DNA of 64,000 nucleotides from Anthoceros angustus (taxonomy: Eukaryota; Plantae; Anthocerotophyta): NCBI GenBank assembly GCA_010909165.1, contig MU008163.1:1302001-1366000 (forward strand), written 5' to 3'. Below are positions 47,592 through 59,819 of the stretch, piece by piece; position 1 is the stretch's first letter; each line of letters begins with the position of its first letter. The translations under genes and the position numbers were made by a program. The notes below the pieces were generated by a model. The model did no database searches and was not told the DNA's origin. It saw only the letters and a program-made list of their open reading frames with translations.

Positions 47592-50000
47592 CTAGGCTGA
47601 GTTTGGACCATTATCTCCATTCCGAGAGGATGTGGAACCAGGCCCGTACAAGTTGTTGGGCCCAAGGAATAGGTCATTCAATAGCTTAGTTTCTAGACTT
47701 TCAGGCGTATACTTGAGGTACCTACCGGCTGCTGCCCCCTGATCCAAAAGTGACCCGTAGCTCTGAATGTAGCTGCGATATGCGGACTGCACCACTTGCA
47801 CCACTGCTTGTTTCACATCCCTGCGAAGATCGGCATCAGGTATGCTCCACTTGCTTTGCTTGTAAACGGTTTCTTCAAATGCTGTTGTGAACAACCTGAG
47901 TCTCTGCTTGACCAAGTCGCGGGCAGCACCCCTGCCTCCACTGGAAACCAGCAATCCCTCTCTGCTGAGGTGTGCAAGGACTTTGCCCCAGTCTTCCCTT
48001 TGGTAACCCAGAGAATGCTGCTCCACCTTCCTGCGGTGCTCCTTCATCCATAAGTCACCTAACAAGCCTCCTAGCTCACACTTACTAGACCTGTCGTACA
48101 TGTAATGGATGTTGTTCATGAGAAATATATGCGCTAGTGCTGGATCCTTGTATCCCTTTGCTCTTGCTTCAGCATTCCTCTCCAGTGCCTGTACTATGGT
48201 GAGCACTGCATGTGAAAGCCCCCTCTCCTCCTTCCTCGGGGGCTCTTGTCTCCAGCTCTGCTCTATTTTCAACACCTGAGCCATGATGGGCCCATAGAAT
48301 TCGCTGACAAGATACTTCACATAGTTGACGACATAACTCGAAAGCTTTGGATGGCTCCCATCCGCTGGTAAACTGCCCTCAGTCTGCCCCTCTAGAAGCT
48401 GCCTCGAGAACTCCCACAGTACCTGACACGAGCCATGCACCAGATGTTTCTGCAGCTCCCTCGCCCGTGACCTCATCTCTGTGCAGCCCTCACCTTCGAA
48501 CACCTCCGCAATGCTCGGGCTGAGGTTCTCCAGAGCCTCAAACATATCCAACAGCTTGAATAGCTTCTCGGGCGTCTTTTGGCTGCGTGCCACTCCCTCT
48601 CCAAATTGCAGAAACAAGAGCATGCCAGCTTGGGACAAGCGCAGGAAGCAATCCCGCCATACATGAGGTTCCGCCCTGGCAAACACTTGCGCGCACAGAC
48701 TACGTTCAGGCCCATACAAGTGCTTCACTGCCACCTCAAACTGCTGAGTCCACAGCCCGATGTACCCTTCCAAGTCATTCCAGTCCAGCATATTGATAAC
48801 CTCCGGAGTGGAGTACTGCAGGTAATCTCCCTCCAGATACTTCAAGCTCCCAATAGCACTGGAGCTACGTGCCTGCCAATACGCCTCCACACACCCATCC
48901 AGCTGCCGGTTCACAGACAGCTTGTGCACAATGACCTGCAGCTTCTCTACAACATCCGGCGGCATCAGGGCAGCCTCCTCCATCCCCACAGGAGCAGCAT
49001 CCGGGAGCGACACAGGCGTGCTGTGGTGCAACATAACATTCCCGAACTCCGACTCCAGCTGCTCCAGAGCCAAGTTCAACAACCCACCATCAAGCCCCGT
49101 CTGCTCGGGACCCGACTGAGCTTGCCGCAACACCGACAGAGCTTCGTTCAGCCTATGCATCCGGTACTTATCCGTCACCGCACTCTTGCCAAGAAAATCA
49201 ACAGCGTCCTGCAACCACTGCACAGCAACTGGGCAATTTTTCCCCAGAAATTCGAGCGAATCCTCCAGACGGGCAACTGCAGTGAGGTACCCAAACAAAT
49301 CCTCTCCCACCCCCTCCAACAACACCACCTCCAAATCGTGCAGATTATCAAAACCCTTCAGCACAGCTGCAGCAGGCCCCGTGGCTCGGTCAATGCGACC
49401 GTTCAGCCCCCGCACCAGCTTCGACTGCGCTTGCAGAGGCCCCACTGCCGCCTCCAGATTCGGTATTCGCTCCCCAATACCCCTCAGCCGCACATGAGAA
49501 ACCTCCAGGGCCGCAGACAACTCCATTGCCTTCTCCAGACTCTCATACAAGGACTTCCGTGCAGCCTGGAACTCCGCCGACACCAAACCACTCCCATCTT
49601 CCTCCTCCTTCACAACCGCCGTCTTGGGTACAGCAGATCGTTCAGGCCGAGTCTTCACCACAGTGGCCTTAGGCAACCCATCCCCAAACAAGGTAAAACT
49701 GGACAACCCTGTCACAGCTCTCTCCTTCACCCCTTCCTTCTCCTTCTCTTCCATCCCACCCTCCTCAGCAACCTGACCCTGCTGCCCTCCTGCAACATTT
49801 TCTCGCCCATCACCCGATTCATCATACCCCTGCCCATCACCCACGAGCTCCTCTACCTCCTGCTCATTCTCCGCCTCTGCTACAGCCTGGATCGGCTCCG
49901 CATCAGGGCCCCCACTACCGTCCGAGTCGAAGATTGGAGAGTCGTCATAACCTGCCTCCTCCGCCTCCTCTCGAGCTCCCTCCCCGGAGTTACTGCCCAT
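47592..50000 (-). CDS. EXO70: Exocyst subunit Exo70, G-clade-like, single exon, 802 aa
   Basis: KTPEKLFKLLDMF, LVSEFYGPIMAQVL, HIFLMNN, HLSREGLLVSSGGRGAARDLVKQRL, KQSKWSIPDADLR, YRSYIQSYG, KYTPESLE. Confidence 0.93.
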   Translation of the reverse strand: MGSNSGEGAREEAEEAGYDDSPIFDSDGSGGPDAEPIQAVAEAENEQEVEELVGDGQGYDESGDGRENVAGGQQGQVAEEGGMEEKEKEGVKERAVTGLSSFTLFGDGLPKATVVKTRPERSAVPKTAVVKEEEDGSGLVSAEFQAARKSLYESLEKAMELSAALEVSHVRLRGIGERIPNLEAAVGPLQAQSKLVRGLNGRIDRATGPAAAVLKGFDNLHDLEVVLLEGVGEDLFGYLTAVARLEDSLEFLGKNCPVAVQWLQDAVDFLGKSAVTDKYRMHRLNEALSVLRQAQSGPEQTGLDGGLLNLALEQLESEFGNVMLHHSTPVSLPDAAPVGMEEAALMPPDVVEKLQVIVHKLSVNRQLDGCVEAYWQARSSSAIGSLKYLEGDYLQYSTPEVINMLDWNDLEGYIGLWTQQFEVAVKHLYGPERSLCAQVFARAEPHVWRDCFLRLSQAGMLLFLQFGEGVARSQKTPEKLFKLLDMFEALENLSPSIAEVFEGEGCTEMRSRARELQKHLVHGSCQVLWEFSRQLLEGQTEGSLPADGSHPKLSSYVVNYVKYLVSEFYGPIMAQVLKIEQSWRQEPPRKEERGLSHAVLTIVQALERNAEARAKGYKDPALAHIFLMNNIHYMYDRSSKCELGGLLGDLWMKEHRRKVEQHSLGYQREDWGKVLAHLSREGLLVSSGGRGAARDLVKQRLRLFTTAFEETVYKQSKWSIPDADLRRDVKQAVVQVVQSAYRSYIQSYGSLLDQGAAAGRYLKYTPESLETKLLNDLFLGPNNLYGPGSTSSRNGDNGPNSA

Positions 50001-50817
50001 GATTCACCTCGCCCTTGCTTTTGCCCTGACTCATCATGCCCTCCGATCCAGCCCAACTACCAACCCATAATACTGCCCATGAGACATGGCTGATCACAGC
50101 CCCATCATCCGTTGCATCACCACCCACAGAAGGCCGGGCTGCTTAAGCGCCTGATCCCCCCGAAGCGAGCTAAACATCAATCGCAGCCACACGCAGAGCA
50201 CAGAGCGCACAACACCGGGACCTTCGCCCCATGAGCTGTCCTGCAAATCTCACACCGCTGATACCACTCCTGTAAAGCCGAGTGAGATCCGGCTCTCTCG
50301 GGAGCTCAGAAACGGATGAGGAACCGCCGCTCCGGAAACTACCAGGACCCAGGCACCAGAATCCGGTGCCGGGCTCTCTCGAGAGCATCAACCCACCAGC
50401 CACAGGAGCGGGAGAGGTACAACTACGGGATCACAAGCTTCTCATGCTGGGGCCGGGGCCGGGGCCGGGCGTTGGGCTCTGTAGCTCTTCCGGTGCCAGT
50501 GGTCAGGTCAGCCCCCGGATTGCCGAGTCCATTCCACATCGAGTCTCTGTTTCCGACGAGGCCAACGCGTTGGCCCGCCATGGCAGAGAGAGAGTGATGG
50601 AAATGGCAAGTAGCAGGCAACTGGCCCCGCTTGCGCGCCTCTTTCACTGCTGACATGGAGGACAACTTTTCCTACGCAGCGCAGGTGCGTGCAAAACCTG
50701 CGACATAGACAAAACCATCCATGTACATGACTCCCTGCGACAACTCTCATGTGATCAGATGGTGTAAAGGACTGCGGAAGCCATCTGACCAAGCAGGATT
50801 ACAGCCAGCAAAAGCCA

Positions 50818-53800
50818 TTAAAGAAGAAAGCAGCCTTCCTCCAGGATTTGTGCGGAGAGCTGATTCAGTATTTCTGTGATCTGCTGGTTCTGTTGGTGGT
50901 TTCTGCCTGCTACGAACACCTCGACGTTGCCTCCGTGCTCGATCCAGCTCTGCCCCGGTCTCTTGGATGCACCTGCAGCACTTCTTGAGTCCTCTACCAT
51001 GGTTGCCTCCTCCAGCATGTCAGCATGGGCGTAGATGTTTGACATGAGGATGTAGGATGCTCTGTGCTCTGGTTCTAGCGCGACAGCGTGGTGGAAAGCA
51101 CGTCGGCCAAGCTCCACGTTGCCATACTTTCGGCATGCGCCCAGTAAGGATAGCCACATGCCCAGTTCAGGTTGAACTGGGAGTTTCAGGATCAGATCTT
51201 CTGCTTCCTTCAGGAGACCTGCACGGCTTAGAAGATCAACCAAGCTGGCATAATGCTGGAGGGTGGCACTGATTGCATGGTCTCTGTCCATGGACTCGAA
51301 GAACTGAAGGCCCCTTTCCACTACACCAGCATGACTGCAAGCAGTAATGACGCACAGGAATGTGACTGCATCTGGTCTTATGCCGGCGTCTTGCATTTCT
51401 TCGTAACACTGCAAAGCTATTTCAGATTCCCCTTGTCGGGCATATCCAGCTATCAATGAATTCCATGACACCACGTCGCGCCAGAGCAACGTGTCAAACA
51501 CATGCCGGGCATTCATCATGTTCCCACATTTGCCATACGCGTGAATGAGAGCATTCCCCACATCGAGAGTCCAGTTTTGTCCATCTCTGCATATGTCTCG
51601 GTGGATCTGGCTACACATCCGTAAAGCTCCTACGTTGCTGCAAGCTTTTAGGATGCATAGAAATGTAGCCTCTGTGGGCTCGATTCCCTCTGCCTTCATC
51701 TGAGGATAAAGCTGCATAGCTTTCTCACCCTGCCCTTGCAGTGAGTATCCTGAAATCATGGAGTTCCATGACACCACATTGCGCTCTTCTAGTGTGTCAA
51801 ACACTGCCCATGCATCCACAACGCTCCCACATTTGGCATACATGTAGACAAGTGCGTTGGCAACCATTGAATTTGATCCGTATCCCCTTCTCAGCAGTTC
51901 AGCATGTATTGCTTTACCCTTCTGCAAGGAGTCCAGCTTCAATGACTGACCCTTGATGAAAGTGTCCTTCTCCCTTTCTGCCAGGCTGCTACATGCTCTG
52001 AGTGCACTTACGAACATCCAGTTGTTTAAACTTCCACCCTCCTGCTGTATTTGGGCAAAAATTTGCAGCGCCTCCTCCCCTTGTTCGTCTGCATATCCGG
52101 CAATTATTGCATTCCACGATACCACATCTCTCTGGGGTAGATTGTCAAACACTTGACGCGCATCCACAAGGCTGCCACATTTTGCATACATGTGGATAAG
52201 GTTGTTTCCAACATAAACATCAGAATCACAGCCCATTCTAATCGCATCCGCATGAATGGCCTTACCCTTTTCAAGGGTCTTCAGCCTCATCGAGTGTCCA
52301 GAGACAATAGTCTCCTTTTCCGTCGCTGCCAGGCTGCAGCAAGCTGTGAGGACGCTGACAAAGGTTCGGGTGTTAGGCGTCACACCCTCCGTGCACATTT
52401 GGACATACAGCTGCAGGGCTTCGCTACCCTGCTCTTGCTCAGCATATGCAGCAATCATAGCACTCCATGAGACCACATTCCGAAGCGACAAGGTGTCAAA
52501 TACATGCCGTGCATCCAACATGCTGCCACATTTGGCATAGACGTCAACCAGAGTTGTGCCCACAAACACATCGGATTCACAGCCCTTCAGAATAAGCTCG
52601 GCATGAATGTTCCGACACCGCTGCAGAGAGACATGTTTCACAAGTCTTCCATCAAGAAGTGACCCCTTCTCCAATGCTGCCAGGCTCCCACAAGCTCTCA
52701 GTATGCTGACAAATATCCAATTGTTTGGCATAACCCCCTCTTGCTTCATCTGAGCATAAAGCTGCAACGCTCTATCACCTTCTTCTTGAGCTGCATATCC
52801 ACCAATAATTGCATTCCAGACAACCACATTTCGTTGGGGTAATGTTTCAAAGAAATGCTGAGCATCAGACATGCTCCCACATTTTGCATACATGTCCACC
52901 AACGTAGTGCCAACAAATATGTCTGAATCATAACCCTGCCTGATGACTTCAGCATGGAGCGACCTGACATGTCGAAGAGAGGGCGATTTGACACCTGGCC
53001 CGCCATCAGGTCCTCCATTTGCCATGTCTGCAAGGCTGCCACAGGCTTTGAGTAAGAACACAAATGTCCGACTGTCCGGCATCACACCCTCAATCTGCAT
53101 GCGAGCATACAGGTGCAGAGCCTCCTCACCCCCTTCCAGTTCAGCATACCCAGCAATCATAGCATTCCAGGACACCACGTCTCTCTCAGACAAGGTGTCA
53201 AACACATGCCGTGCATCCAAAATGCTCCACATTTTGCATACATGTCCACCAACGTAGTGCCAACAAATATGTCTGAATCATAACCCTGCCTGATGACTTC
53301 AGCATGGAGCGACCTGACATGTCGAAGAGAGGGCGATTTGACACCTGGCCCGCCATCAGGTCCTCCATTTGCCATGTCTGCAAGGCTGCCACAGGCTTTG
53401 AGTAAGAACACAAATGTCCGACTGTCCGGCATCACACCCTCAATCTGCATGCGAGCATACAGGTGCAGAGCCTCCTCACCCCCTTCCAGTTCAGCATACC
53501 CAGCAATCATAGCATTCCAGGACACCACGTCTCTCTCAGACAAGGTGTCAAACACATGCCGTGCATCCAAAATGCTCCCACATTTTGCATACATATGCAC
53601 GAGAATGTTGCCGACAAATGAATCAGAACGATGACCTAGGCTGACAAGGTCTGCATGAATAGCCTTCCCCTTCTGCAGGCACTCGACCTTTTTCAGCTGC
53701 CCCTCAGTGAGGGTATCTGTTACAGTCTCAGCCAACATGCCACATGCCTTCAGTGCACTGACGAAGACCCTACTGTTTGGGAGGACACCCTCTTCTTGCA

Positions 53801-54830
53801 TTTGGTCATAGAGGTGCAAAGCCTTCTCAAACTGTTTTTGCTGAACAAATCCTGCAATCATTCCATTCCATGACAGTACACTCCGTTGTGACATCTTGTC
53901 AAAGACGTGCTGTGCATCCACCATGCTCCCACATTTTGTATACATATGTATTAAGCTGGGTCCCAAATAGGAATCCAATGCAAAGCCCCTCTTGGAAATT
54001 TCAACATGAATCATCTTACCCTTGAGGAGGCAGCTGGGCTTGACGATCTGTCCGTCGATGAAAATCCCTTCCTCCATGCTTGCCGAGCTGCTGCAAGCTT
54101 TCAGTACTCCAACGAAAGTCCAGTTGTCCGGATTGCAGCCTCCCTTAAGCATTTGTAGATAGAGTCCTAAAGCCATGTCCCCATCCTGTTGTTGAGCATA
54201 TCCATCGATAATCGCATTCCACGATGCCACTCTAGGGCGGGATAGTGCATCAAAAACTGCCCGCGCTTCCGAAATGCTCCCACACTTTGCATACATGCTG
54301 ATAAGAGTGGTGACCACGTAGGCATCTGACTCATAACCCCTCCGACTCAATTCCCCGTGTATCCATTTTCCCTGAGACAGATCTGCCAAGCTGCTGCAGG
54401 CTTTCAGCACGCTGATAAATATGGGCTTGTTCGGTTCTTGACCTTCATCCATCATCCGGTAGAACGTTTTCAAAGCCTCTCCACCTTGACCTTTGGCAGT
54501 AAATCCTGAGATGCCTGCTTCCCAAGAGGAAGCACTGAGTTGGTCCAAAATGTTGAAACACTCCGGGGCTCCTGATCGACCCCCAATGGAAACCATAGAA
54601 TTGCTCATACACCTCCTATCCGTCTCCAGCCCATGGCTGGATATGTCCCTGGCCACGCAGGTCTCAACAGAGGCCACAGAGCCCACAATGAGGTACCGGA
54701 CCAGCCCCTCCTTCGCATGTCCATCTCCACACAGACGCCTGACGTCCTCGCCGCCATGGAGCGCAGTACTAACCGGCACCAGGTTCGTCCTCCATGGACA
54801 AGCTCGTGACGAAGCGCTGGAAGCTAGCAT
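50818..54830 (-). CDS. PLS-class PPR protein with E1/E2/E+ terminus and no DYW domain; split by one apparent 1-bp frameshift near 53228
   Basis: Repeating VVSWNAMIAGY / TFVxxLKAC / LVDMYAKCG motifs; ends WLSLLGAC...SYILMSNIY...KRPGQSWIE (PG box)...EEGCFLL*. Restoring one C joins the two ORFs into about 1340-1350 aa. Confidence 0.9.
52874..53590. repeat. Perfect tandem duplication inside the PPR gene, period 350 bp (351 with one C restored)
   Basis: attttgcatacatgtccacc at 52881 and 53231; taaccctgcc at 52931 and 53281; gacaccacgt at 53171 and 53521. Confidence 0.95.
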
Positions 54831-55215
54831 GCAGGTTAGAGCTGGACACTTCCAGCACTGTTCAGGCACTCTACACCATCATGCCTTCAGGCTCCATTCA
54901 TGTGTAGAATCAAACGCCCGAAGAATGCCTGTAATACCCGGTGCATGAGCAGCTACCGTGCGCCATTTCCTCCCAGCGGAAATTTTCACTGCATGAAAAC
55001 ATACCTTAAGCTAAACCATTAAACTGTTGCCTGCTTGCTAGGATGCCACCACGCATCTGAATCACAAAATGACAGAGCATACATGCTAAGTGCGAGCATC
55101 GAGATAAGGGGTTCAACAGCTTTTGTAACATGCTGTGGAGATGGTGCCGGCGCACTTGCTCTCAATTTCCAACAAGGACAAGTAAACTCTTGTCCAGCCA
55201 TTGCAGGAGGGATTG

Positions 55216-55352
55216 TACATAGTTTGTGTGCTACCCCAGTAACTTGTAGAGATTCCAACTTCAAGAACTTGGAACCTCCACAATACATAGTTTGTGTGCT
55301 ACCCCTATAACTTGTAGAGATGTCAACTTCACAAGAACTTGGAACCTCCACA
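55216..55352. repeat. Tandem repeat, 2 x about 69 bp
   Basis: acatagtttgtgtgctacccc...taacttgtagag...caagaacttggaacctccacaa occurs twice. Confidence 0.85.
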
Positions 55353-55625
55353 AGCCACATCCTTTTTGTCTCACAAACTTCAAGGTCTTTACGGCATTGC
55401 CAAACCTTTCATGTGCTCAAGAAGGACTGCCAGCACCGTTGCAAGCCTGTTGATGATCCATTCCATTATTAAGTATTGCTGTTTAATCTCCTTCACATTT
55501 ATATGAATGGTTTTCAACAATAATCTTCGAAAACCAAGTTATCTAGTAAATTTTGATAAAAGTTTAGTTGATATATTTGCTTCACATATTAATAACACAC
55601 GTCTAGTCCCGGGCTCACCTGCAGT

Positions 55626-55803
55626 GCTCCCTTTTCTACTTCGTCCCCTACACTGCTCCCTTTTTTAGTTCGTCCCCTACATTGCTCCCTTTTCTACTTC
55701 CCTTTTCTACTTCGTCGCCTACACCGCTCCCTTTTCTACTTCGTCCCCTACACTACTCCCTTTTCTACTTCATTGCCTACACTGCTCCCTTTTCTACTTC
55801 GTT
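55626..55803. repeat. Minisatellite, about 6 x 29 bp
   Basis: gctcccttttctacttcgtcccctacact units starting at 55626, 55655 and onward. Confidence 0.9.
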
Positions 55804-57463
55804 CATTTGGATGCTTCATCTCTAGTCCACAACCATCTCTCTTATAAGCATGTGACGGTGCTTTATATCTAGTCCACAACGTCTCTCTTTTTATCTCTTT
55901 TATAAACTCGTGACAGTGGTTGACAAGGACCATATTATCAAGAACCATATTATCATCCCAAACTTAAATGTAGCGTTATCAGTACTAGGTACATTAATGA
56001 TGTTTTAATATATACAGATAACACATTTTTTATACTAGTTTGTTGTTGGAAAAGGAGATTGGAACAATATTGACTTGATTTTATCATGTTTTTAGAGGTT
56101 CAAATGAATTGATTCATCACGGCATAGTAATATAATCCGCCCACCTAGGAAGGGGCAATGATAATATCTCGTTGATGTGAGGACTCCTTGTCCCAAGACT
56201 CTATAGCTCAAACGTGCTTAACTTGGGGGATTGTATTCTCTCATGCTTTACGACACCCCAAGTCTCTCATTTTTTTTCTTCTGATTTTTGTGGATTGGGT
56301 AATCTTTAGTCACCCTTTTAACGAATAATCAACGATGACAAAAAGAGAAGAAGTTAGATTTAGGAAACCCAGAAAGTCTCTAAAGCCGATTATACCGATT
56401 CCACTAAAATGCAATTAGCTTCTCCACCTCAAGTTGCCATGCGGTAAGAGCTTCCTCTAGACTAGACAAAGTCATCTACTTTTCCAAAAAAATTCTAGAC
56501 TAAGAGAGAGGGGAGAAAGGGAATATGGATGGGAAGTAAGAGGTCCAGGCCCTGCTCTCGAAGGCCTAGCAGCAATCAGAGTTTCTGATATGGTCGGAAG
56601 CCTAAGAGGCCTTGCTGCAAGATATGGGGCAGAAGGGAGGTGCCAGGGGTAGAGGGTAGGGGGATAGAGGGAAGGGGGATCTGCACAAGAATATTGGAGC
56701 CGATGCAGCAATGTATGGCAGCCCTTATTTTCGGGCAAAGGTAAAGGTGGGGAGTTTTAGTGGGTGAGGGAGTTCTTCCCAAGTCCCACATAACCTGCGA
56801 TGGTATCTAGCACGTACTCGGATGACCTCGGAAGAGTAAAGTCTCTTCCTGTTGGGATGATACGATGTGTAACATAGGGGAATCAGAACCCTTGCTGAAG
56901 ATTTCTCCCCCGGGGTTGTTTTGATTTATCTTCAAAATACCAAATTAAAAAAAAAAATCTGCACAAGAAGGGTTAGGAGAAGTGCCTTCTTGTTAGAATT
57001 TTGTTAAATTAGAAGTATATTCAAAAAATATTTACTAGATTGGAAGAAGCTTAAATTGAATACTTATCTAGAGGTACTTTCTTGGTTGGCAATTCCTCTA
57101 TAGTATATATAGGGGGCTTGGGGCCAGGGCCTCAAGCTTGGATATAGGGCTATATCCAATATCTCCTTGACCACCATTCTCATATTTCACTATTAGTGCT
57201 ACATATAATTATGTTGTCCTCATTATATATCACTCTTCATTAACTTATGTGATATCATCCTTCTAGGTTTAACTTCTGTTATCACATGTCTTATAGTAAC
57301 GGGGGCTAATCCCCTTGGCCTGGTGCCCTCCGTAGGGTTGTTTCGCTTTGTCTTGGGGTAGATGGAATTTCTCATCTTGTTTTTTATATAGAGTCTCCCG
57401 TTTCATCTCTTATTAAATTGTAAGGTGTTACTATATTTTTTGGTACTACTGTAGATGTAGGAT

Positions 57464-58540
57464 ATGGATTTATTTTTAAATTTAAAAAGAAATAATATTG
57501 AACCTTTAGATAATTTTAAAATAAATACCATAGAAAATATGGAAATTATGGATATGACTACAGCTTTAAACTATATGGCCATACATATGATAAATATAAG
57601 AAAAATAAATGAAGATACATTTGGAGAAATTTTCAAAATTGGAAATCATACACTTAAGGTAGTAGCGATACGAAGTATAAGTGATAACAATAATAATGAA
57701 GTGCAGATTGCAAAGAATTTGGCTACATTGCAACAACCTGCAGGATCATTTTTTTGTACCAACTTTATGATGAACAAATGGGAAATAGTATGTACAGAAC
57801 CCTATGCTGCTGAACTCTCTAGTGCTAAACGATCATGGCCAAATTTGGGAATTTCAAAACATCCTCTAAAATATCCACTCGATCAGAAGTTCATCATTGT
57901 ATTATATGAAGACGGTGGGGTACCTTTGCACACATTCAAATTTAGAGATATACGAGAACTTCAAAGTACAATCTTACAAGTTATTTTAGCCATGGAAGTG
58001 GCAGAAGCAGCATTTGGTTTTGAACATCGAGATCTACATGGTGATAATATCCTTATCTCTCGTAGTGACAATGAAGAGAGCAAAGAAAGATATCACATAG
58101 ATAATAAGGAAAGATGGATTAAAACCTATGGGATAAAAGTGTCCATCATCGGCTTTGGAAGGTCCCGTCTTCAAAAGGATTCACATGTTTTATTCAAAGA
58201 TTTGCATGACATAAAGTGGAATGATTTTTCCTATGATTCTCTTAAAAAGGTGTGGGCTGAAACGAAACTGATAGTGGGCAAAAAATGGAAACATAATTTC
58301 CCCAAAACTAATGTGTTGTGGGTTAATTTTTTAGCAGAAGTAGCTCATTTACTCGTGTGTCAAGACGAAAAACTTTCGATATTTTCTAAACAAATCCATG
58401 ACTTTAGACAAGGGATACTGAAGTGTGAAACTATAGGAGAAGTAGCTCAAGATAGTTTCTTTAATTCCATTTGGTTCAATTGGGGCGATTTTGAAAATGG
58501 ACATTACGACCAATATTTATATGATGTAGCATTGAATTAA
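57464..58540 (+). CDS. Intronless Haspin-like kinase, copy 2 (probable pseudokinase), 358 aa
   Basis: Collinear with copy 1: KINEDTFGEIF, LQVILAMEVAEAAFGFEHRDLHGDN, IKTYGIKVSIIGFGRSRL, WKHNFPKTNVLWV. Confidence 0.85.
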   Translation: MDLFLNLKRNNIEPLDNFKINTIENMEIMDMTTALNYMAIHMINIRKINEDTFGEIFKIGNHTLKVVAIRSISDNNNNEVQIAKNLATLQQPAGSFFCTNFMMNKWEIVCTEPYAAELSSAKRSWPNLGISKHPLKYPLDQKFIIVLYEDGGVPLHTFKFRDIRELQSTILQVILAMEVAEAAFGFEHRDLHGDNILISRSDNEESKERYHIDNKERWIKTYGIKVSIIGFGRSRLQKDSHVLFKDLHDIKWNDFSYDSLKKVWAETKLIVGKKWKHNFPKTNVLWVNFLAEVAHLLVCQDEKLSIFSKQIHDFRQGILKCETIGEVAQDSFFNSIWFNWGDFENGHYDQYLYDVALN

Positions 58541-59819
58541 CCTTTAGTTATAATTTACCATATTCAACTTCTTCCTTGAGTCAAAACTTCTATTTTCTCC
58601 TTGCTTGCCCTCGTACTATATGGTTGTTTTGTGCGCACCGTGTTTTTCTTCCTGTTCTTATCTTGTGCTTGTCGGATGGTGCTACCGGCTTTCTGCACGT
58701 CTCTTGTATCCAGTTTTATTTGGTCCCCTATTCATTTAGTTCTTTAAATGAGACCAGATTAGTTCCCAAAAAAAACCTTTTGCATAGAATTTTTCTCTTA
58801 GTTTTTCAATTTTCATGTGAACTATGCTTAGTGTGCAATTTATTAAGCAAGTAAAGATAAAGAGGGCTTACCTAGCATAAAGCACCTTGAAGAGACTCCT
58901 TGGGTCACTTAAAGAAGGAACAACTAAGTTTGCACTGTGTCTAAATTCCGTCTAAGTGGACTATAATAAAATTCTTATTGTTCTTTTTCTAAAGTCACCT
59001 ATCGTGCCTATGAGATGGAAGCTTCTACATACTTAACTTAAGTCAGTTCGAGGATGCATCTCCAATTATCATCGTTGTCCTTTCAATTGCTCCCGCAAGT
59101 GACCTTCGAAGAGCAATGAACATCTATTATCAAAAGAGAGAGGTGTTTAACTCTAGAATACCCAAGTCACTCAAATTAAGCCTTCTCACCCATGTTATTT
59201 AACATTATGTACAATTTTTGAATGACACTGGTTCCGTTTCTTGAGGGGTTTGTAAATTTTTTAAAAGATTCTTTCGTGTTGCGACCCGATATTTTTGTCA
59301 AATATTTTCAGTTATTTTGTGTAACATAGAGGGCATAATTTACCACAAAGGGAAACCTTAACATGAGCCATTATTACTTGGGTACTCATCAATTGGTCCA
59401 GGTTTTTAGTGCATTGGAAAGGTCTTTTCTTAAATTATGTGCCTTATTGTTTAAGAAAAATAAAATATTTTGAGAAAAATATATTTGTCAAAATATTTTT
59501 ATCTACGAATTCTTGGAGGATCATTTAATTTGTGTGCCACATCATTTCTTGTTAGGTAACTTGCCTGCAAGAAAAAAAGCAAAAAGACTTGCTTGCGAGA
59601 AAGAGGTGTTGTTTGTGGTACCTAATTAATAGTATGGAACACGGAGACTTTTTAGACATGCAGAGATGGAAAGAAAGTAATTTTATAGTTCATGGTGTAA
59701 AAGGTTATATGTGTGTTAGCTTTTTCAGTCCTAATATGTCTTATAGTGTGTTTTGTATGTTTGCAGTTGATCTTAGGCTGTGATGTTATTGCTGTGAAAG
59801 GTTTAAAATCGTTTATCAC

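Noticed and set aside
48579-50093. 504-aa plus-strand ORF
   Set aside because: Antisense shadow of Exo70 (Leu/Gln/His/Pro bias typical of reverse-complemented coding DNA).
50700-50818. DYW deaminase domain downstream of the PPR gene
   Set aside because: No HxE...CxxC or DYW-like terminus found after the stop.
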